A stretch of DNA of 64,000 bases from an uncultured Acidobacteriota bacterium (GCA_963764715.1 CAVXTP010000012.1:96747-160746); one strand, 5' to 3'. Positions 1 through 9,777 are shown, counted from the first letter of the stretch. Notes: generated by a model not told the origin, from the sequence alone. Numbers and translations: made by a program.

Positions 1-917
1 CGTCCCTCGCAGCGTGCGTCTCGGACGTCCCGCCCCCGGGACTGGTTCCGGCCGGCCCTCCCGTGACCCGCGTCGAAGATCTGACGGGCGACTATTGCTA
101 CTTCGGGCCCGACTACAACGTCCGCTCCTTCGGCCGAACGTTCGACGGCATTCCGTTTCTCCGCGTCGGTGACCTGGGAAGGCCGACGCTCGTCTCCGTC
201 CAGGCGACGGCGCAACGCATCGTCTTCGGTTACACGGACGCGAACGGCGAAGAGAAGAGCCAGGACTTCGAGGTCACGGGCCGGGCCGAATGGCACGGAG
301 CCTCCCTCGTCGTCAAAGAGTCGCAGGGCACGAGTGTTCTTCCCCTTCCCGGGGCGTTCGACGTCACCTCGCACTCCCGCGAAAGTCGGATCTTCAAGCT
401 GGCGGACGGCCGGCTCGTCATGACCGACTCGGCGCGCTCGAAGGGGTACTCGGAAACCGGGAGTTACTCGGTTTCCGAGGGCGGATTCCACGCGACGAAG
501 CAACCGACGTTTCACCGCGAGGAGCGGACGGTGGCCCTGATCCTGGATCCCGCCACGGGAAGCTGCGGGGCGAACGTCGATGGCCGGCCTCGGCAGCCCT
601 GGTTCGAGAAGGGCCTGGATCTGCGCGACCCGGTCTGCGCCGCGCAGCTCGAGGATCAGCTCGCGGCGATCATGGTGCAGAAGGAGGAGGCGCCCGAAGA
701 CGCCGCCCTCGCCGCAAACATGACTCTCCAGTCGTTCTTCCGGGGCGAGTCCACGCTGACCTTCGTCGCCTCGACCCGGCCGGGCTGGCGCTACTTCTTC
801 AAGATCGTCAAGAAGAAGTCGGGGTGCGTCCTCAAGCTCTACTCGCGGCAGAAACCGCACGTACAGCACATGTCCTTCGCGAGCCGGCCGCTTCCCGGCT
901 GCGAATGCAACGACTGA
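1..917 (+). CDS. Hypothetical lipoprotein, 5'-truncated at the window edge
   Basis: Frame is open upstream of the 63 GTG and reads SLAACVSDVPPP, a lipobox-like LAAC; no family recognised. Confidence 0.6.
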   Translation, partial: SLAACVSDVPPPGLVPAGPPVTRVEDLTGDYCYFGPDYNVRSFGRTFDGIPFLRVGDLGRPTLVSVQATAQRIVFGYTDANGEEKSQDFEVTGRAEWHGASLVVKESQGTSVLPLPGAFDVTSHSRESRIFKLADGRLVMTDSARSKGYSETGSYSVSEGGFHATKQPTFHREERTVALILDPATGSCGANVDGRPRQPWFEKGLDLRDPVCAAQLEDQLAAIMVQKEEAPEDAALAANMTLQSFFRGESTLTFVASTRPGWRYFFKIVKKKSGCVLKLYSRQKPHVQHMSFASRPLPGCECND

Positions 918-944
918 GCGCCTGGGCGTCCGGCGCCTCGGTTC

Positions 945-1733
945 TCAGTTCGGCCAGTACAACCCGAAAGCCTTCGAGAGGAACACGGCCATCTGGCCCC
1001 GCGTGACGGGATTGTCGGGGCAGTAATTGCCGCTGCCGCAGCCGCCCGTGATGCCGGAAGCCTTGAGCGCCTCGACGTACTGGAAGAACGCGTGGTCCGT
1101 TGGGACGTCGCCAAAGGACGCGGTGCCGGGCGCCGGGCTGACCTGGAGATGGTAATAGACGATCGCCCGGCGGAACTGCTGGGCATTGGTCGCGCTCATG
1201 CCGGAGTTGATCTCGACGTAGTACGAGTTGTTGAGATTGTCGACCGTGACGTCGAGCCCGCCCACGGTGAAGTAGGTCCAGCCGGGCGTGCCGCCGACTC
1301 CCGAGACGCCGGCGGCGGCGCACGCCGAGCCGGCGGGGTTGCCGCTGCACACCCAGAGGCTTCCCGCCATCGTGCTGCCGGGGTGGTTCTGAAAGACCTC
1401 GAACGCGACCTGATCGATGTGGGCGCCGGTCGGCAGGTTGACCGGGGCGTCGAACCAGACCAAGTCACCGCCGCCCGTGCGATATCGCGTGCCGTTGGCG
1501 AAGGTGTACGTGATGCTCGAGTCGATCGGAATGAACGCGTACGCGGGAATCGAAAGTGTCGCGCTTCCAAGGCCGGCGTTCCGGGGCATCGCGGGAGGCT
1601 GGCTCTGGACTCCATCGCCCGCGAACTCGACTCTCTCCATGCCGCCCGGCTGCGCCGAGAGGAGGTGGGTAAAGAACAGGGCCGCTGCGCCGACGATCGT
1701 GAAGCGGTGGAGCATCCATCGTGAGTTCTGCAT
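945..1733 (-). CDS. Secreted protein with a C-terminal SLH (S-layer homology) domain
   Basis: N-terminal signal peptide; C-terminus FGDVPTDHAFFQYVEALKASGITGGC..YCPDNPVTRGQMAVFL. Confidence 0.85.
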   Translation of the reverse strand: MQNSRWMLHRFTIVGAAALFFTHLLSAQPGGMERVEFAGDGVQSQPPAMPRNAGLGSATLSIPAYAFIPIDSSITYTFANGTRYRTGGGDLVWFDAPVNLPTGAHIDQVAFEVFQNHPGSTMAGSLWVCSGNPAGSACAAAGVSGVGGTPGWTYFTVGGLDVTVDNLNNSYYVEINSGMSATNAQQFRRAIVYYHLQVSPAPGTASFGDVPTDHAFFQYVEALKASGITGGCGSGNYCPDNPVTRGQMAVFLSKAFGLYWPN

Positions 1734-1801
1734 GAGCGCACCTCTCACGAGACTCTGTATTCCTGAACTGCGGGGTTGTCCTGATCCAACTGCATTGAAA
1801 T

Positions 1802-1917
1802 GGGGTCAGCCCTGCATCGCTGACTCCCGGTGCCCGGCCTGCATTCCTGGCGAAAGAGTCAGGAATGCAGGTCAGTCCCCAGGAGTCCCCGAAGTTCAGT
1901 AATTCAGGGCTGACCCC
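1802..1917. repeat. GGGGTCAGCCCTG-family palindromic intergenic repeat (REP-like)
   Basis: GGGGTCAGCCCTG at 1802 and its reverse complement CAGGGCTGACCCC ending at 1917; related copies at 4705 and 6603. Confidence 0.75.
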
Positions 1918-1931
1918 ACGGCCTCCGCGGT

Positions 1932-2414
1932 CTACTGGACGATGACGGTGCCGGACATCATGGCGCCGTGGACCTGGCAGAAGTACGGGAACGTCCCGGC
2001 CGAGGGAAAGAGGTGCGTGAAGGTCATCCCCGCGCCGATTCCCGAGTCGAACTGGCCGTCCGGCGAGCACCCGACGACGCAGGATCCGGACGTCACCGAG
2101 TGCGATCCGGAGACCCACCGCCACTCGACCGTCGTCCCGGCCGGAATCACCGTCGTGTTGCCGCCGGAGACCTGGTCGACGAACGTGGTCCCTCCGTTCT
2201 GGCCGACGTCGACGATCCGGTTGCCCGACTGCTCTGGCGTGGGCGTCGGCGTCGCACCGGTCGGAGGCGTGGGAGTCCGGGTCGGAGTGTTCGCCCCGGG
2301 CACCGTCGCCGTCAGGGTGGGCATCGGCCCGGTGATGTTGTTGTCGTTGTTGCACCGGATTCCCGACAGCATCGCCGCGCCGATCCCCGTGATCACGACC
2401 ATTCTTCGAAACAT
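1932..2414 (-). CDS. Plastocyanin/cupredoxin-domain exported protein, probable lipoprotein
   Basis: Signal peptide ending in Cys, Pro/Thr linker, HSVTS and YFCQVHGAMMSG type-1 copper motifs. Confidence 0.85.
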   Translation of the reverse strand: MFRRMVVITGIGAAMLSGIRCNNDNNITGPMPTLTATVPGANTPTRTPTPPTGATPTPTPEQSGNRIVDVGQNGGTTFVDQVSGGNTTVIPAGTTVEWRWVSGSHSVTSGSCVVGCSPDGQFDSGIGAGMTFTHLFPSAGTFPYFCQVHGAMMSGTVIVQ

Positions 2415-2492
2415 GGGCACCTCCCGGGTTGGAGCAAGACGCCGCCCCGAAGCGGGCGCGCGCCGCCACGTTCGTGGCAACGGCGCAGGCAC

Positions 2493-2507
2493 GCAAGGCA
2501 GATGCCA
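2493..2507 (-). promoter_or_regulatory. Sigma54 (-24/-12) promoter of the cupredoxin gene
   Basis: Minus strand reads TGGCAT-CTGCC-TTGC, about 80 bp upstream of the ATG. Confidence 0.65.
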
Positions 2508-2619
2508 CGGGACCGAATTCGACCGAAACGCTTAGATGTCCTTTAGACAAGCGACCGCCGCAGGTGACGCCGGCCCCGTGGCCAGCGTCGACGACTGCGG
2601 CGGCTCGCGGAATGCGTCG

Positions 2620-4575
2620 TTACTGCAGGTTGAACGTCTTGACCAAGAACACCGCCATCTGTCCGCGGGTATTCGAGTTCGTCGGGCAGTAGTTGCCGCC
2701 GCCGCACCCGCCGGTGATCCCCTCGGCCGACAGCCGTTCGATCCAGTCCGCGAAGAGGCTCGGGCAGGTCACGTCGCCGAACGCGCCCGCGCACGGCGGC
2801 GGGACGTACGCCGAGCCGTGCTCGGCCTTCAGCAGGAACACCGCCATCTGATTGCGCTGGACCGGGTTCGCGGGGCAGTAGTTGCCGTTGCCGCACCCGC
2901 CGGTGATCCCCTCGGCAGCGAGCTGCTCGATCCAGTCGGCGAAGGTCGACGGACACACGACGTCGCCGAAGACCCCCGCGCAGGCCGGCGGAACGTAGAT
3001 CGACCCGTGCTTCGCCTTGAGCAGGAAGACCGCCATCTGGGCGCGCGTCACGGAGCTGTTGCGGCAGTAATCGCCCGCGCCGCAGCCGGCGGTGATTCCT
3101 TTGCGGAAGACCGACTCGATGAAATCGTGAAAGCTGTCGGCCGGCGGGACGTCGAGGAAGTCGGCGAAGAAACCGCCGCGGATCGACCCGATCGTCTTGT
3201 CGACGTTGGTCACGATCACGTCGTTGAGGCTCCCCGGCGCCAGCGCCGGCGTGCTCCCGGTGATCTCGGTCGGCGCGATCGAGATCCCCGTCGGCACGGC
3301 CCCTCCGATCGTCACTGCGGCGAGGCTCTGGAACAGCGTCCCGGCGATCGTCACCGGCGTGCCTCCGGCGGCCGGGCCGGAGCTCGGCGTGATCGACTGG
3401 AGCTTCGGGTTCGCGAAGCGGTAGGCCACGCCGACGGCGTTCGCGCCGCCGGCTTCCGTCGTTCCGTACAGCGCGCCGTCGTTGCCCGCGAGGACCGCCG
3501 CGTGGGGATGGTCCCCCGTCGCGGACGCGAAGCTGCGGACGACGTCGAACAGCGTGGCCGCGCGGGTCAGGTGGAACAGCGTACCCCCGTTGTTGGCGCC
3601 GTCGGCGTAGGCCGTGCCCCAGAGCAGGGCCTGGTCTTCGACGAGGGGGCCGCGGGGACGCGAGCCGTCCGCGCCGCCGAGCGACTTGAGGACCACGAAG
3701 CCGTTTCCGTCCCGGCCCAGCGCGAAGACGATTCCGCCGTTCGCGGTCCCGCCGAACTCGGTCGTGCCGTAGAGGACGCCATCCGAGCCTTCGAGGAGCT
3801 CCGCCGAGGGAGTTTCGCCGTCGTCCGGGGCTCCGGCGAAGGTGTGGATCGTCGTCAGGGAGCTGCCGTCGAGGTTCGCGCGGAAGACCGTCCCGTTGCC
3901 GTTCTGGACCGCGGCGAACTCGGTCGTGCCGAAGAGCCGGCCGTCGCTCGCGAGGATCAGGCCCGCCATCGGCCGCGTGCCCTCGGTCGACGCGCCGAAC
4001 GCGTGCAGTACCGCGAAGGCGGTGCCGTTGAGGGCGACGCGATAGAGCGTCCCCGCGTTGTGGGCGCCTCCCGAGTGGGTCACGCCGTAGAGCATGGTGT
4101 CGGACGCCTGGACGAGCCGCCCGCGCGGCTCTTCCCCGTCGGTGTCGCCGTCGAAGTGGCGGACCGTCGCAAAGTTGCCGCCCGCCGTATCGATCTTGAA
4201 GACGGTCCCCTTGCCGAACGTGCCGCCGCCGGACGTCGAGCCATAGAGGAGCCCGTCGGAGGCGAGGATGAGGCCCGCCTCGGGCTGCGTGCCGTCGGTC
4301 GTGTTGAAGTCGTGGATCACCGCGAAGTTGTTTCCGTCGGCGTCCATCTTGAAGACCGTGCCGACGGCGTGGGCGCCGCCGGCCGACGTCACGCCGTAGA
4401 GGAATCCGTCGCCCGGATTCCGGAGGAGGGGCGCCGTCGGGCTCGCGCCGAGCGGCGTGTCGAAGGGATGGATCGCGCTGTAGCCCTGCGCCAGCGCCCC
4501 GGGGGGCGCGAGCAGCAGGAGCGCCGGAAGGACGAGGGCGACGAGGGCGATCGGGTTCGGGTGCCTGCGGTTCAT
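2620..4575 (-). CDS. Secreted tandem-repeat (GloVer-type beta-propeller) protein with an IPT/TIG domain and SLH repeats
   Basis: Repeats of DG.LYGTT..GG....GTVF, then an SGPAAGGTPVTIAGT IPT motif and three GITxGC..YCP..R.QMAVFL SLH units. Confidence 0.85.
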   Translation of the reverse strand: MNRRHPNPIALVALVLPALLLLAPPGALAQGYSAIHPFDTPLGASPTAPLLRNPGDGFLYGVTSAGGAHAVGTVFKMDADGNNFAVIHDFNTTDGTQPEAGLILASDGLLYGSTSGGGTFGKGTVFKIDTAGGNFATVRHFDGDTDGEEPRGRLVQASDTMLYGVTHSGGAHNAGTLYRVALNGTAFAVLHAFGASTEGTRPMAGLILASDGRLFGTTEFAAVQNGNGTVFRANLDGSSLTTIHTFAGAPDDGETPSAELLEGSDGVLYGTTEFGGTANGGIVFALGRDGNGFVVLKSLGGADGSRPRGPLVEDQALLWGTAYADGANNGGTLFHLTRAATLFDVVRSFASATGDHPHAAVLAGNDGALYGTTEAGGANAVGVAYRFANPKLQSITPSSGPAAGGTPVTIAGTLFQSLAAVTIGGAVPTGISIAPTEITGSTPALAPGSLNDVIVTNVDKTIGSIRGGFFADFLDVPPADSFHDFIESVFRKGITAGCGAGDYCRNSSVTRAQMAVFLLKAKHGSIYVPPACAGVFGDVVCPSTFADWIEQLAAEGITGGCGNGNYCPANPVQRNQMAVFLLKAEHGSAYVPPPCAGAFGDVTCPSLFADWIERLSAEGITGGCGGGNYCPTNSNTRGQMAVFLVKTFNLQ

Positions 4576-4704
4576 GACGGCCTCCTTCGGTGTCGGCGGG
4601 CATCGCATTCGTTGCCCGCTGCCCGCAGTCTTCTCCCGGATCCCGCACAGAGGCCGCCGACTAATGATCCCGTAAATGAGCGCAAATCGGCCGACCCGGC
4701 ACCC

Positions 4705-4765
4705 GGGGTCAGCCCTGAAAGAATGAAACTCGGCGGCGAAGTGTCAATCTTGCAGGTCAGGCACC
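4705..4765. repeat. GGGGTCAGCCCTG-family palindromic repeat
   Basis: GGGGTCAGCCCTGAAAGAATGAAACT...AAGTGTCAATCTTGCAGGTCAGGC imperfect inverted repeat. Confidence 0.75.
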
Positions 4766-4792
4766 GGCGATATCCTCCGCGCCGAGGTTCCG

Positions 4793-6598
4793 ATGAACAG
4801 ACGCACGTTCCTGAAACAGCTCGGGGCGGTCCCCGTCCTGCCCGGACTCGCCTCCCTCGTTCAGGACGCCCGCGCCGTCGCGAAGCGTCCGATGCGCCGG
4901 GTGCGGCCGTCGGACGCGGCGTGGCCCTCGGCCGCGCGCTGGGAGAAGCTCAAGGCCGAGGTCGGCGGAAATCTCGTCCCCGTCGTTTCTCCGTATGCGC
5001 CCTGCACGAGCGCCCCGGGAAGCCCGGCCTGCGCGGCGCGGATCGTCGAGCTGACGAACCCGTACTTCGTCGGTGAGCAGCCGGGCGGAACCCAGACCTC
5101 GGGCTGGCTCGACGCCTGGATCTCGGCCCCGAGCGTTTACGCCGTCGCCGCGCGCAACGCGGCCGACGTCGCCGCGGCGGTCAGCTTCGCGCGCGACAAC
5201 AACCTCCGGCTCGTCGTCAAGGGCGGCGGCCACAGTTACCAGGGCACGTCGAACGCGCCGGACTCGCTGCTCGTCTGGACGCGCGCCATGAACGCCATCA
5301 CGCTCCACGACGCCTTCGTTCCGAAGGGCACCCGCGCGGCCCCGCGGCCCGCGGTCTCCGTCGAGGCCGGGGCGCGATGGTTGCCCACGTACGAGGCCGT
5401 CACGACGCGCGCGGGCCGCTACGTCCAGGGGGGCGGCTGCGCGACCGTCGGGGTCGCCGGGCTCATCCAGAGCGGAGGGTTCGGAAGCTTCTCCAAGAAC
5501 TACGGCATGGCCGCCGCCGGTTTGCTCGAAGCCGAGGTCGTCACAGCCGACGGACGGATCCGGGTCGTCAACGCCTCGTCGGAGCCGGACCTCTTCTGGG
5601 GATTGAAGGGCGGAGGCGGCGGCAGCCTCGGCGTCGTGACGCGGGTGACGCTCGCGACCCACGCGCTGCCCGACAACTTCGGCGCGGCCGAGGGACAGGT
5701 CCAGGCGAAATCGGACGCGGCGTTCCGCCGCCTGGTCGGCGAGTTCGTCCGCTTCTACAAGGCCTCGCTCTTCAACCCGCACTGGGGTGAGCAGGCCGCC
5801 TTCGGCAACGACAACTCGATCCGATTGCGCTTCGTGATGCAGGGGCTCGGCCGGAACGAAGCCGAGGCCGCGTGGAAGCGCTTCCGCGATTTCGTCGCGG
5901 CTTCCCCGCAGGACTTCCAGTGGACCGAGCCGCTCGAGGTGTCGACCTTTCCGGCGCAGCACTGGTGGGACGCCGCGTACCGCCGGGAGAACGACGCGAG
6001 CTCGATCATCGCCGACGGCCGTCCCGGGGCTCCGGCGGGCAACGTCTGGTGGGCGGGCAACGCGATCGAGGTCAACGTCTACATCTACGGGTACGAGTCG
6101 CTGTGGCTTCCGGCTCACCTCCTCGAGACGCCGGACCGGCTGGCGGACGCCCTCTTCGAGGCGACGCGGAAGTTTCCGGTCGTCCTCCACTTCAACAAGG
6201 GCCTCGCCGGCGCGCCCGCCGAACGGGTCGCGGAGGCCCGCGACACCGCCATGAACCCGGCCGTCCTCGACGCCTTCGCCCTCGCCATCATCGCGACCGG
6301 AGCCCCGCACAGCGCGCCGGGTATCCCGGGCCACGAGCCCGATCCCGCGGCGGGCCGCGTCCAGGCCGCTGCGGTCGGGGCGGCGGCCGAGCGCCTGCGC
6401 GCCGTCGTGCCGGCTGCGGGCGCCTACGTGTCCGAGTCGAACTACTTCGACCGCTCGTTCCAGAAGTCCTACTGGGGGTCGAACTACCCTCGGCTCCAGG
6501 CCGTGAAGAAGAAGTACGACCCCGACGGCCTCTTCTTCGTCCACAACGGCGTCGGAAGCGAGGACTGGAGCGCCGACGGATTCACGCGGGTCCGGTAG
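4793..6598 (+). CDS. Tat-exported FAD-binding oxidoreductase, berberine bridge enzyme-like
   Basis: NRRTFLK Tat motif, KGGGHSY FAD site, LFWGLKGGGGGSLGVVT, C-terminal YWGSNYPRL..VKKKYDP BBE motif. Confidence 0.9.
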   Translation: MNRRTFLKQLGAVPVLPGLASLVQDARAVAKRPMRRVRPSDAAWPSAARWEKLKAEVGGNLVPVVSPYAPCTSAPGSPACAARIVELTNPYFVGEQPGGTQTSGWLDAWISAPSVYAVAARNAADVAAAVSFARDNNLRLVVKGGGHSYQGTSNAPDSLLVWTRAMNAITLHDAFVPKGTRAAPRPAVSVEAGARWLPTYEAVTTRAGRYVQGGGCATVGVAGLIQSGGFGSFSKNYGMAAAGLLEAEVVTADGRIRVVNASSEPDLFWGLKGGGGGSLGVVTRVTLATHALPDNFGAAEGQVQAKSDAAFRRLVGEFVRFYKASLFNPHWGEQAAFGNDNSIRLRFVMQGLGRNEAEAAWKRFRDFVAASPQDFQWTEPLEVSTFPAQHWWDAAYRRENDASSIIADGRPGAPAGNVWWAGNAIEVNVYIYGYESLWLPAHLLETPDRLADALFEATRKFPVVLHFNKGLAGAPAERVAEARDTAMNPAVLDAFALAIIATGAPHSAPGIPGHEPDPAAGRVQAAAVGAAAERLRAVVPAAGAYVSESNYFDRSFQKSYWGSNYPRLQAVKKKYDPDGLFFVHNGVGSEDWSADGFTRVR

Positions 6599-6602
6599 AA
6601 CC

Positions 6603-6681
6603 GGGGTCAGCCCTGCAAGATTGACACTTGGTTCCAGGCCTGAAGGATCGAAGGAAGTTTCATTCTTGCAGGTCAGGCCCC
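6603..6681. repeat. GGGGTCAGCCCTG-family palindromic repeat
   Basis: GGGGTCAGCCCTGCAAGATTGACACTT...AAGTTTCATTCTTGCAGGTCAGGCCCC, between convergent genes. Confidence 0.75.
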
Positions 6682-6691
6682 TCAGTCGCCA

Positions 6692-9376
6692 TCAGTCGGA
6701 GCGGAGGGCGAGGAGGGGGTCGACGCGGGCGGCGCGGCGCGCCGGCACCCAGCAGGCGAGGACGGCGACGGCGAGTAGCAGGGCCGAGAGTCCGCCGAAG
6801 GTCCAGGGGTCGATCGGCCGCACGCCGTAGAGGAAGCCCGACATCAGCCGCGTCACACCGCCCGCGGCGAGGAGGCCGAGGACGATCCCCGCGCAGGCGA
6901 GGCGGGCCCCCTGCCCCACGACCATGCCGAAGACGTGCCCGCGCGTCGCGCCGAGCGCCATCCGCACGCCGATCTCCCGCGTGCGCTGGGCCACCGAGTA
7001 CGAGATCACGCCATACATCCCGATCATCGCGAGAACGAGCGCGAGCCCGCCGAAGGCCGCGACGAGCGTCATCGAGAATCGCGGCCGTGCCATCGACTCC
7101 CCGACGAGGGAGCTCAGCGTCGCGACCCGCGCGAGCGGCAGGTCCGGATCGACGCCGCGAAGCGCGCGCTTGACGCTCGCGGTGATCGCCGCCGGGTCCG
7201 CGGCCGTCCGGACCGCCGCCTGTAGCGTCTGCATCGGCGGCCAGATCCGGATCTCGTTCTGGGTGTACGGCACGTACATCTCGGGCGCCGGCTCCTCGCG
7301 GAGCGAGTAGTGCTTGAGGTCGGCCGTGATGCCGACGATCCGCCGCGTCGGCCAGCGCGTGTCCGCCACGCCGACCTCGCGGCCGAGCGGGTCCTCGCCC
7401 GGCCAGTACTTGCGCGCCATGGCCCCGTTGATGATCGTGACCGGCCCGGAGTCCGCGGTGTCGGTGCTCTGGAAGTCGCGCCCGCGCGTCAGCCGCGCGC
7501 CGATCGCGTCGAGATAGCCCGGCGAGGCGAAGGAGTAGTTCGCGAACGGCCGCTCGCGCTCGTCGGCCGGAGCATGGCCCGGAATCCGGATGACGGTGCT
7601 GTCCGGCGCGCCGCCCATCGGCACGGCCGACGAGAGCCCCGCCGCGCCGACGCCCGGCACCTCGCGGAGCGCGGAGAGTGCGCGCGTGTAGAGCTGCGCC
7701 ATGCGGTCCGGATCGGGATACTTCGAAGCCGGCAGCGTGAGCTGAAACGTGAGCACCCGCTCGGGCCGGAAGCCGCTGTCGCTCTCCCGCATCTCGACGA
7801 AGGTCCGCACCAGGAGCCCCGTCGCGATGACGAGCACGAGGGCGAGCGCCACCTCCGAGACGAGGAGCCCGCCGTGAATCCGCCGCGCCAGTCCGGAGCC
7901 GACCGTCCTCGCCCCGTCCTGCTTGAGAGAGTCGACGACCCGTCCCCGCGCCGCGCCGAGCGCCGGCAGCAACCCGACGAGGAGACCCACGGCGAGCGTG
8001 ACGACGAGCATGAACCCGAAGGCGCGCGCGTCGAGCCGCACCTCCTCGAGCCGGGGAACGTTGGGCGGGCCGTACACGCGGACCGCGAGAAGGCAGGCTT
8101 TCGCGACGAGGCCGGCGAGAAGGCCGCCCGCCCCCGCGAGGATCAGGCTCTCGGTCAGAAACTGCGCGACGAGCCTCCCCGGCGAGGCTCCGAGCGCCCG
8201 CCGCAGGGTGATCTCGCGGCGGCGCGCGAGCGAGCGCGTGAAGGTCAGGCTCGCGACGTTGCAGGCCGCGATGAGAAGGACCACGCCGACGGCGCCGAAG
8301 ATGAGCCGCAGCGGCCGGCGCACGTCGCCGGAGACCTGGCGGGGCAGCGGCGTCGCCCGCGACCGCCACCAGCCCTTCCCCGCCGGGATCTCCCGGTCGA
8401 GCCGGCTCGCGAAGAGGTCGAGCTCCGCCTGCGCCCCTTCGAGCGTCGCCCGCGGCGCGAGCCTTCCGAACACGGCGAGCTCCGACGGCCCCCGCTGCGC
8501 CGGCGCGAGGCGGAGCGGCACCCAGACCTGCGGCCGCGGCGGGTAGGCGAGGGACGCGGGCATCTCCCCGGCGCGCGGAAACGCGAAGAGGGGCGGCATG
8601 ACGCCGATGACCATCCAGGGCTCGCCGTCGAGCGAGATCGGACGGCCGAGAACCCCGGGGTCGCCGCCGAAGCGGTCGCGCCACGTCCGGTCGCTCAGGA
8701 CGACGACCCGCTCGCCGTCGGGACGGTCCTCGGCGGCCGTGAAGGCGCGGCCGAGCGGCGGCCGGACGCCGAGCGTCTCGAAGAAACCGGCCGACGCGCG
8801 GATGCCGTCGAGCCGCTCGGGCTCCCCCGTTCCGGTCAGGTTGAACGACGCCGGCTTGAAGGCCGCGAGCGTCGAGAACGTCCTCGCGCTCGCCGCGAGG
8901 AGCTGGAAGTCCCGGGCTCCCCAGGGAAGCTGATCGTTGCCGAAGATCTCGGCGATCGGCGCGCGGCGCCACGGCACGAGAATCCGCTCGGCCTGCGGGT
9001 ACGGCAGCGGCTCGAGAAGCACCGCGTCGACGACGCTGAAGACCGCGGCGCTCGCCCCGATCCCCAGGGCGAGCGTCGCGACGGCGACGAGCGTGAAGCC
9101 GGGCTGCTTGCGCAGGAGGCGCAGCGCCTGGCGGACGTCCCGGCCGAAAGTCTCGAGGACCCGCACGCCTCGCGCGTCCCGGCACTCCTCCTGCACCTGC
9201 GCGACGCCGCCGAGCGCCAGCGCCGCCTGGCGCCGGGCCTCCCCGGGAGGCACGCCCGCCTCGATCCGCCGTTCGACCTCGTGCTCGAGATGCGCCGCGA
9301 GCTCCTCGTCGAGCTCCTGCTCGACGGCGTCGCGGCGGAAGAGCGCGCGCAGCCGGAATCGAAGGTCGCTCAGCAT
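6692..9376 (-). CDS. ADOP-family duplicated ABC permease (MacB/FtsX repeats)
   Basis: MLSDLRFRLRALFRR..ELDEEL..HLE start, two MacB-FtsX halves, EIGVRMALGA, ARRAARVDPLLALR end. Confidence 0.92.
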   Translation of the reverse strand: MLSDLRFRLRALFRRDAVEQELDEELAAHLEHEVERRIEAGVPPGEARRQAALALGGVAQVQEECRDARGVRVLETFGRDVRQALRLLRKQPGFTLVAVATLALGIGASAAVFSVVDAVLLEPLPYPQAERILVPWRRAPIAEIFGNDQLPWGARDFQLLAASARTFSTLAAFKPASFNLTGTGEPERLDGIRASAGFFETLGVRPPLGRAFTAAEDRPDGERVVVLSDRTWRDRFGGDPGVLGRPISLDGEPWMVIGVMPPLFAFPRAGEMPASLAYPPRPQVWVPLRLAPAQRGPSELAVFGRLAPRATLEGAQAELDLFASRLDREIPAGKGWWRSRATPLPRQVSGDVRRPLRLIFGAVGVVLLIAACNVASLTFTRSLARRREITLRRALGASPGRLVAQFLTESLILAGAGGLLAGLVAKACLLAVRVYGPPNVPRLEEVRLDARAFGFMLVVTLAVGLLVGLLPALGAARGRVVDSLKQDGARTVGSGLARRIHGGLLVSEVALALVLVIATGLLVRTFVEMRESDSGFRPERVLTFQLTLPASKYPDPDRMAQLYTRALSALREVPGVGAAGLSSAVPMGGAPDSTVIRIPGHAPADERERPFANYSFASPGYLDAIGARLTRGRDFQSTDTADSGPVTIINGAMARKYWPGEDPLGREVGVADTRWPTRRIVGITADLKHYSLREEPAPEMYVPYTQNEIRIWPPMQTLQAAVRTAADPAAITASVKRALRGVDPDLPLARVATLSSLVGESMARPRFSMTLVAAFGGLALVLAMIGMYGVISYSVAQRTREIGVRMALGATRGHVFGMVVGQGARLACAGIVLGLLAAGGVTRLMSGFLYGVRPIDPWTFGGLSALLLAVAVLACWVPARRAARVDPLLALRSD

Positions 9377-9387
9377 TCCCGCCTCCT

Positions 9388-9717
9388 TCAGGCCGTCCCG
9401 AGGACCTGCGCCACGGCGGCGGCGAGCCGCCTCCAGTCCCGCTTCTTGCGCTCGAGCAGCGACCGGCCGCGCGCCGTCAGCTCGTAGAACTTCGCGCGCC
9501 GGTTGGCGGGCGTCGTGCCCCACGCGTGCGTGACCCACCCGCGCCGCTCCAGACGGTGGAGCGCCGGGTACAGGGAGCCCTGCGCGACGCGCAGCGCGTC
9601 GCCCGAGATCTGCTGCAGTCTCGCGGCGATCGCCCAGCCGTGCTGCGGCGAGAGCGCCAGGGTGCGCAGGATGAGGAGGTCCAGCGTGCCCTGCGGAAGC
9701 TCGATCCGGTCGCGCAT
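9388..9717 (-). CDS. PadR-family transcriptional regulator, acidobacterial type
   Basis: QGTLDLLIL, HGWAIA, GSLYPALHRLE, NRRAKFYELT; directly upstream of the ADOP permease. Confidence 0.92.
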   Translation of the reverse strand: MRDRIELPQGTLDLLILRTLALSPQHGWAIAARLQQISGDALRVAQGSLYPALHRLERRGWVTHAWGTTPANRRAKFYELTARGRSLLERKKRDWRRLAAAVAQVLGTA

Positions 9718-9732
9718 CGTGCTCTCCCCTGT

Positions 9733-9777
9733 CGCTTCGACAACAGCGAGCCTAGCAGCCGTGTTGTCGAAGCGCAA
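9733..9777 (-). promoter_or_regulatory. padR promoter overlapped by a 13-bp inverted repeat (candidate operator)
   Basis: CGCTTCGACAACA-N16-TGTTGTCGAAGCG; minus strand TTGCGC-N17-TAGGCT. Confidence 0.6.

Noticed and set aside
2536-5076. Long alternative-frame ORFs (846 aa here; also 1130 aa at 22499-25891, 1027 aa at 55101-58184 and many others)
   Set aside because: Antisense or off-frame shadows of real genes in high-GC DNA; Arg/Gly/Pro-rich and without motifs
1802-6681. CRISPR array or integron attC sites
   Set aside because: No regular repeat-spacer periodicity, no cas or intI, and no RYYYAAC/GTTRRRY ends
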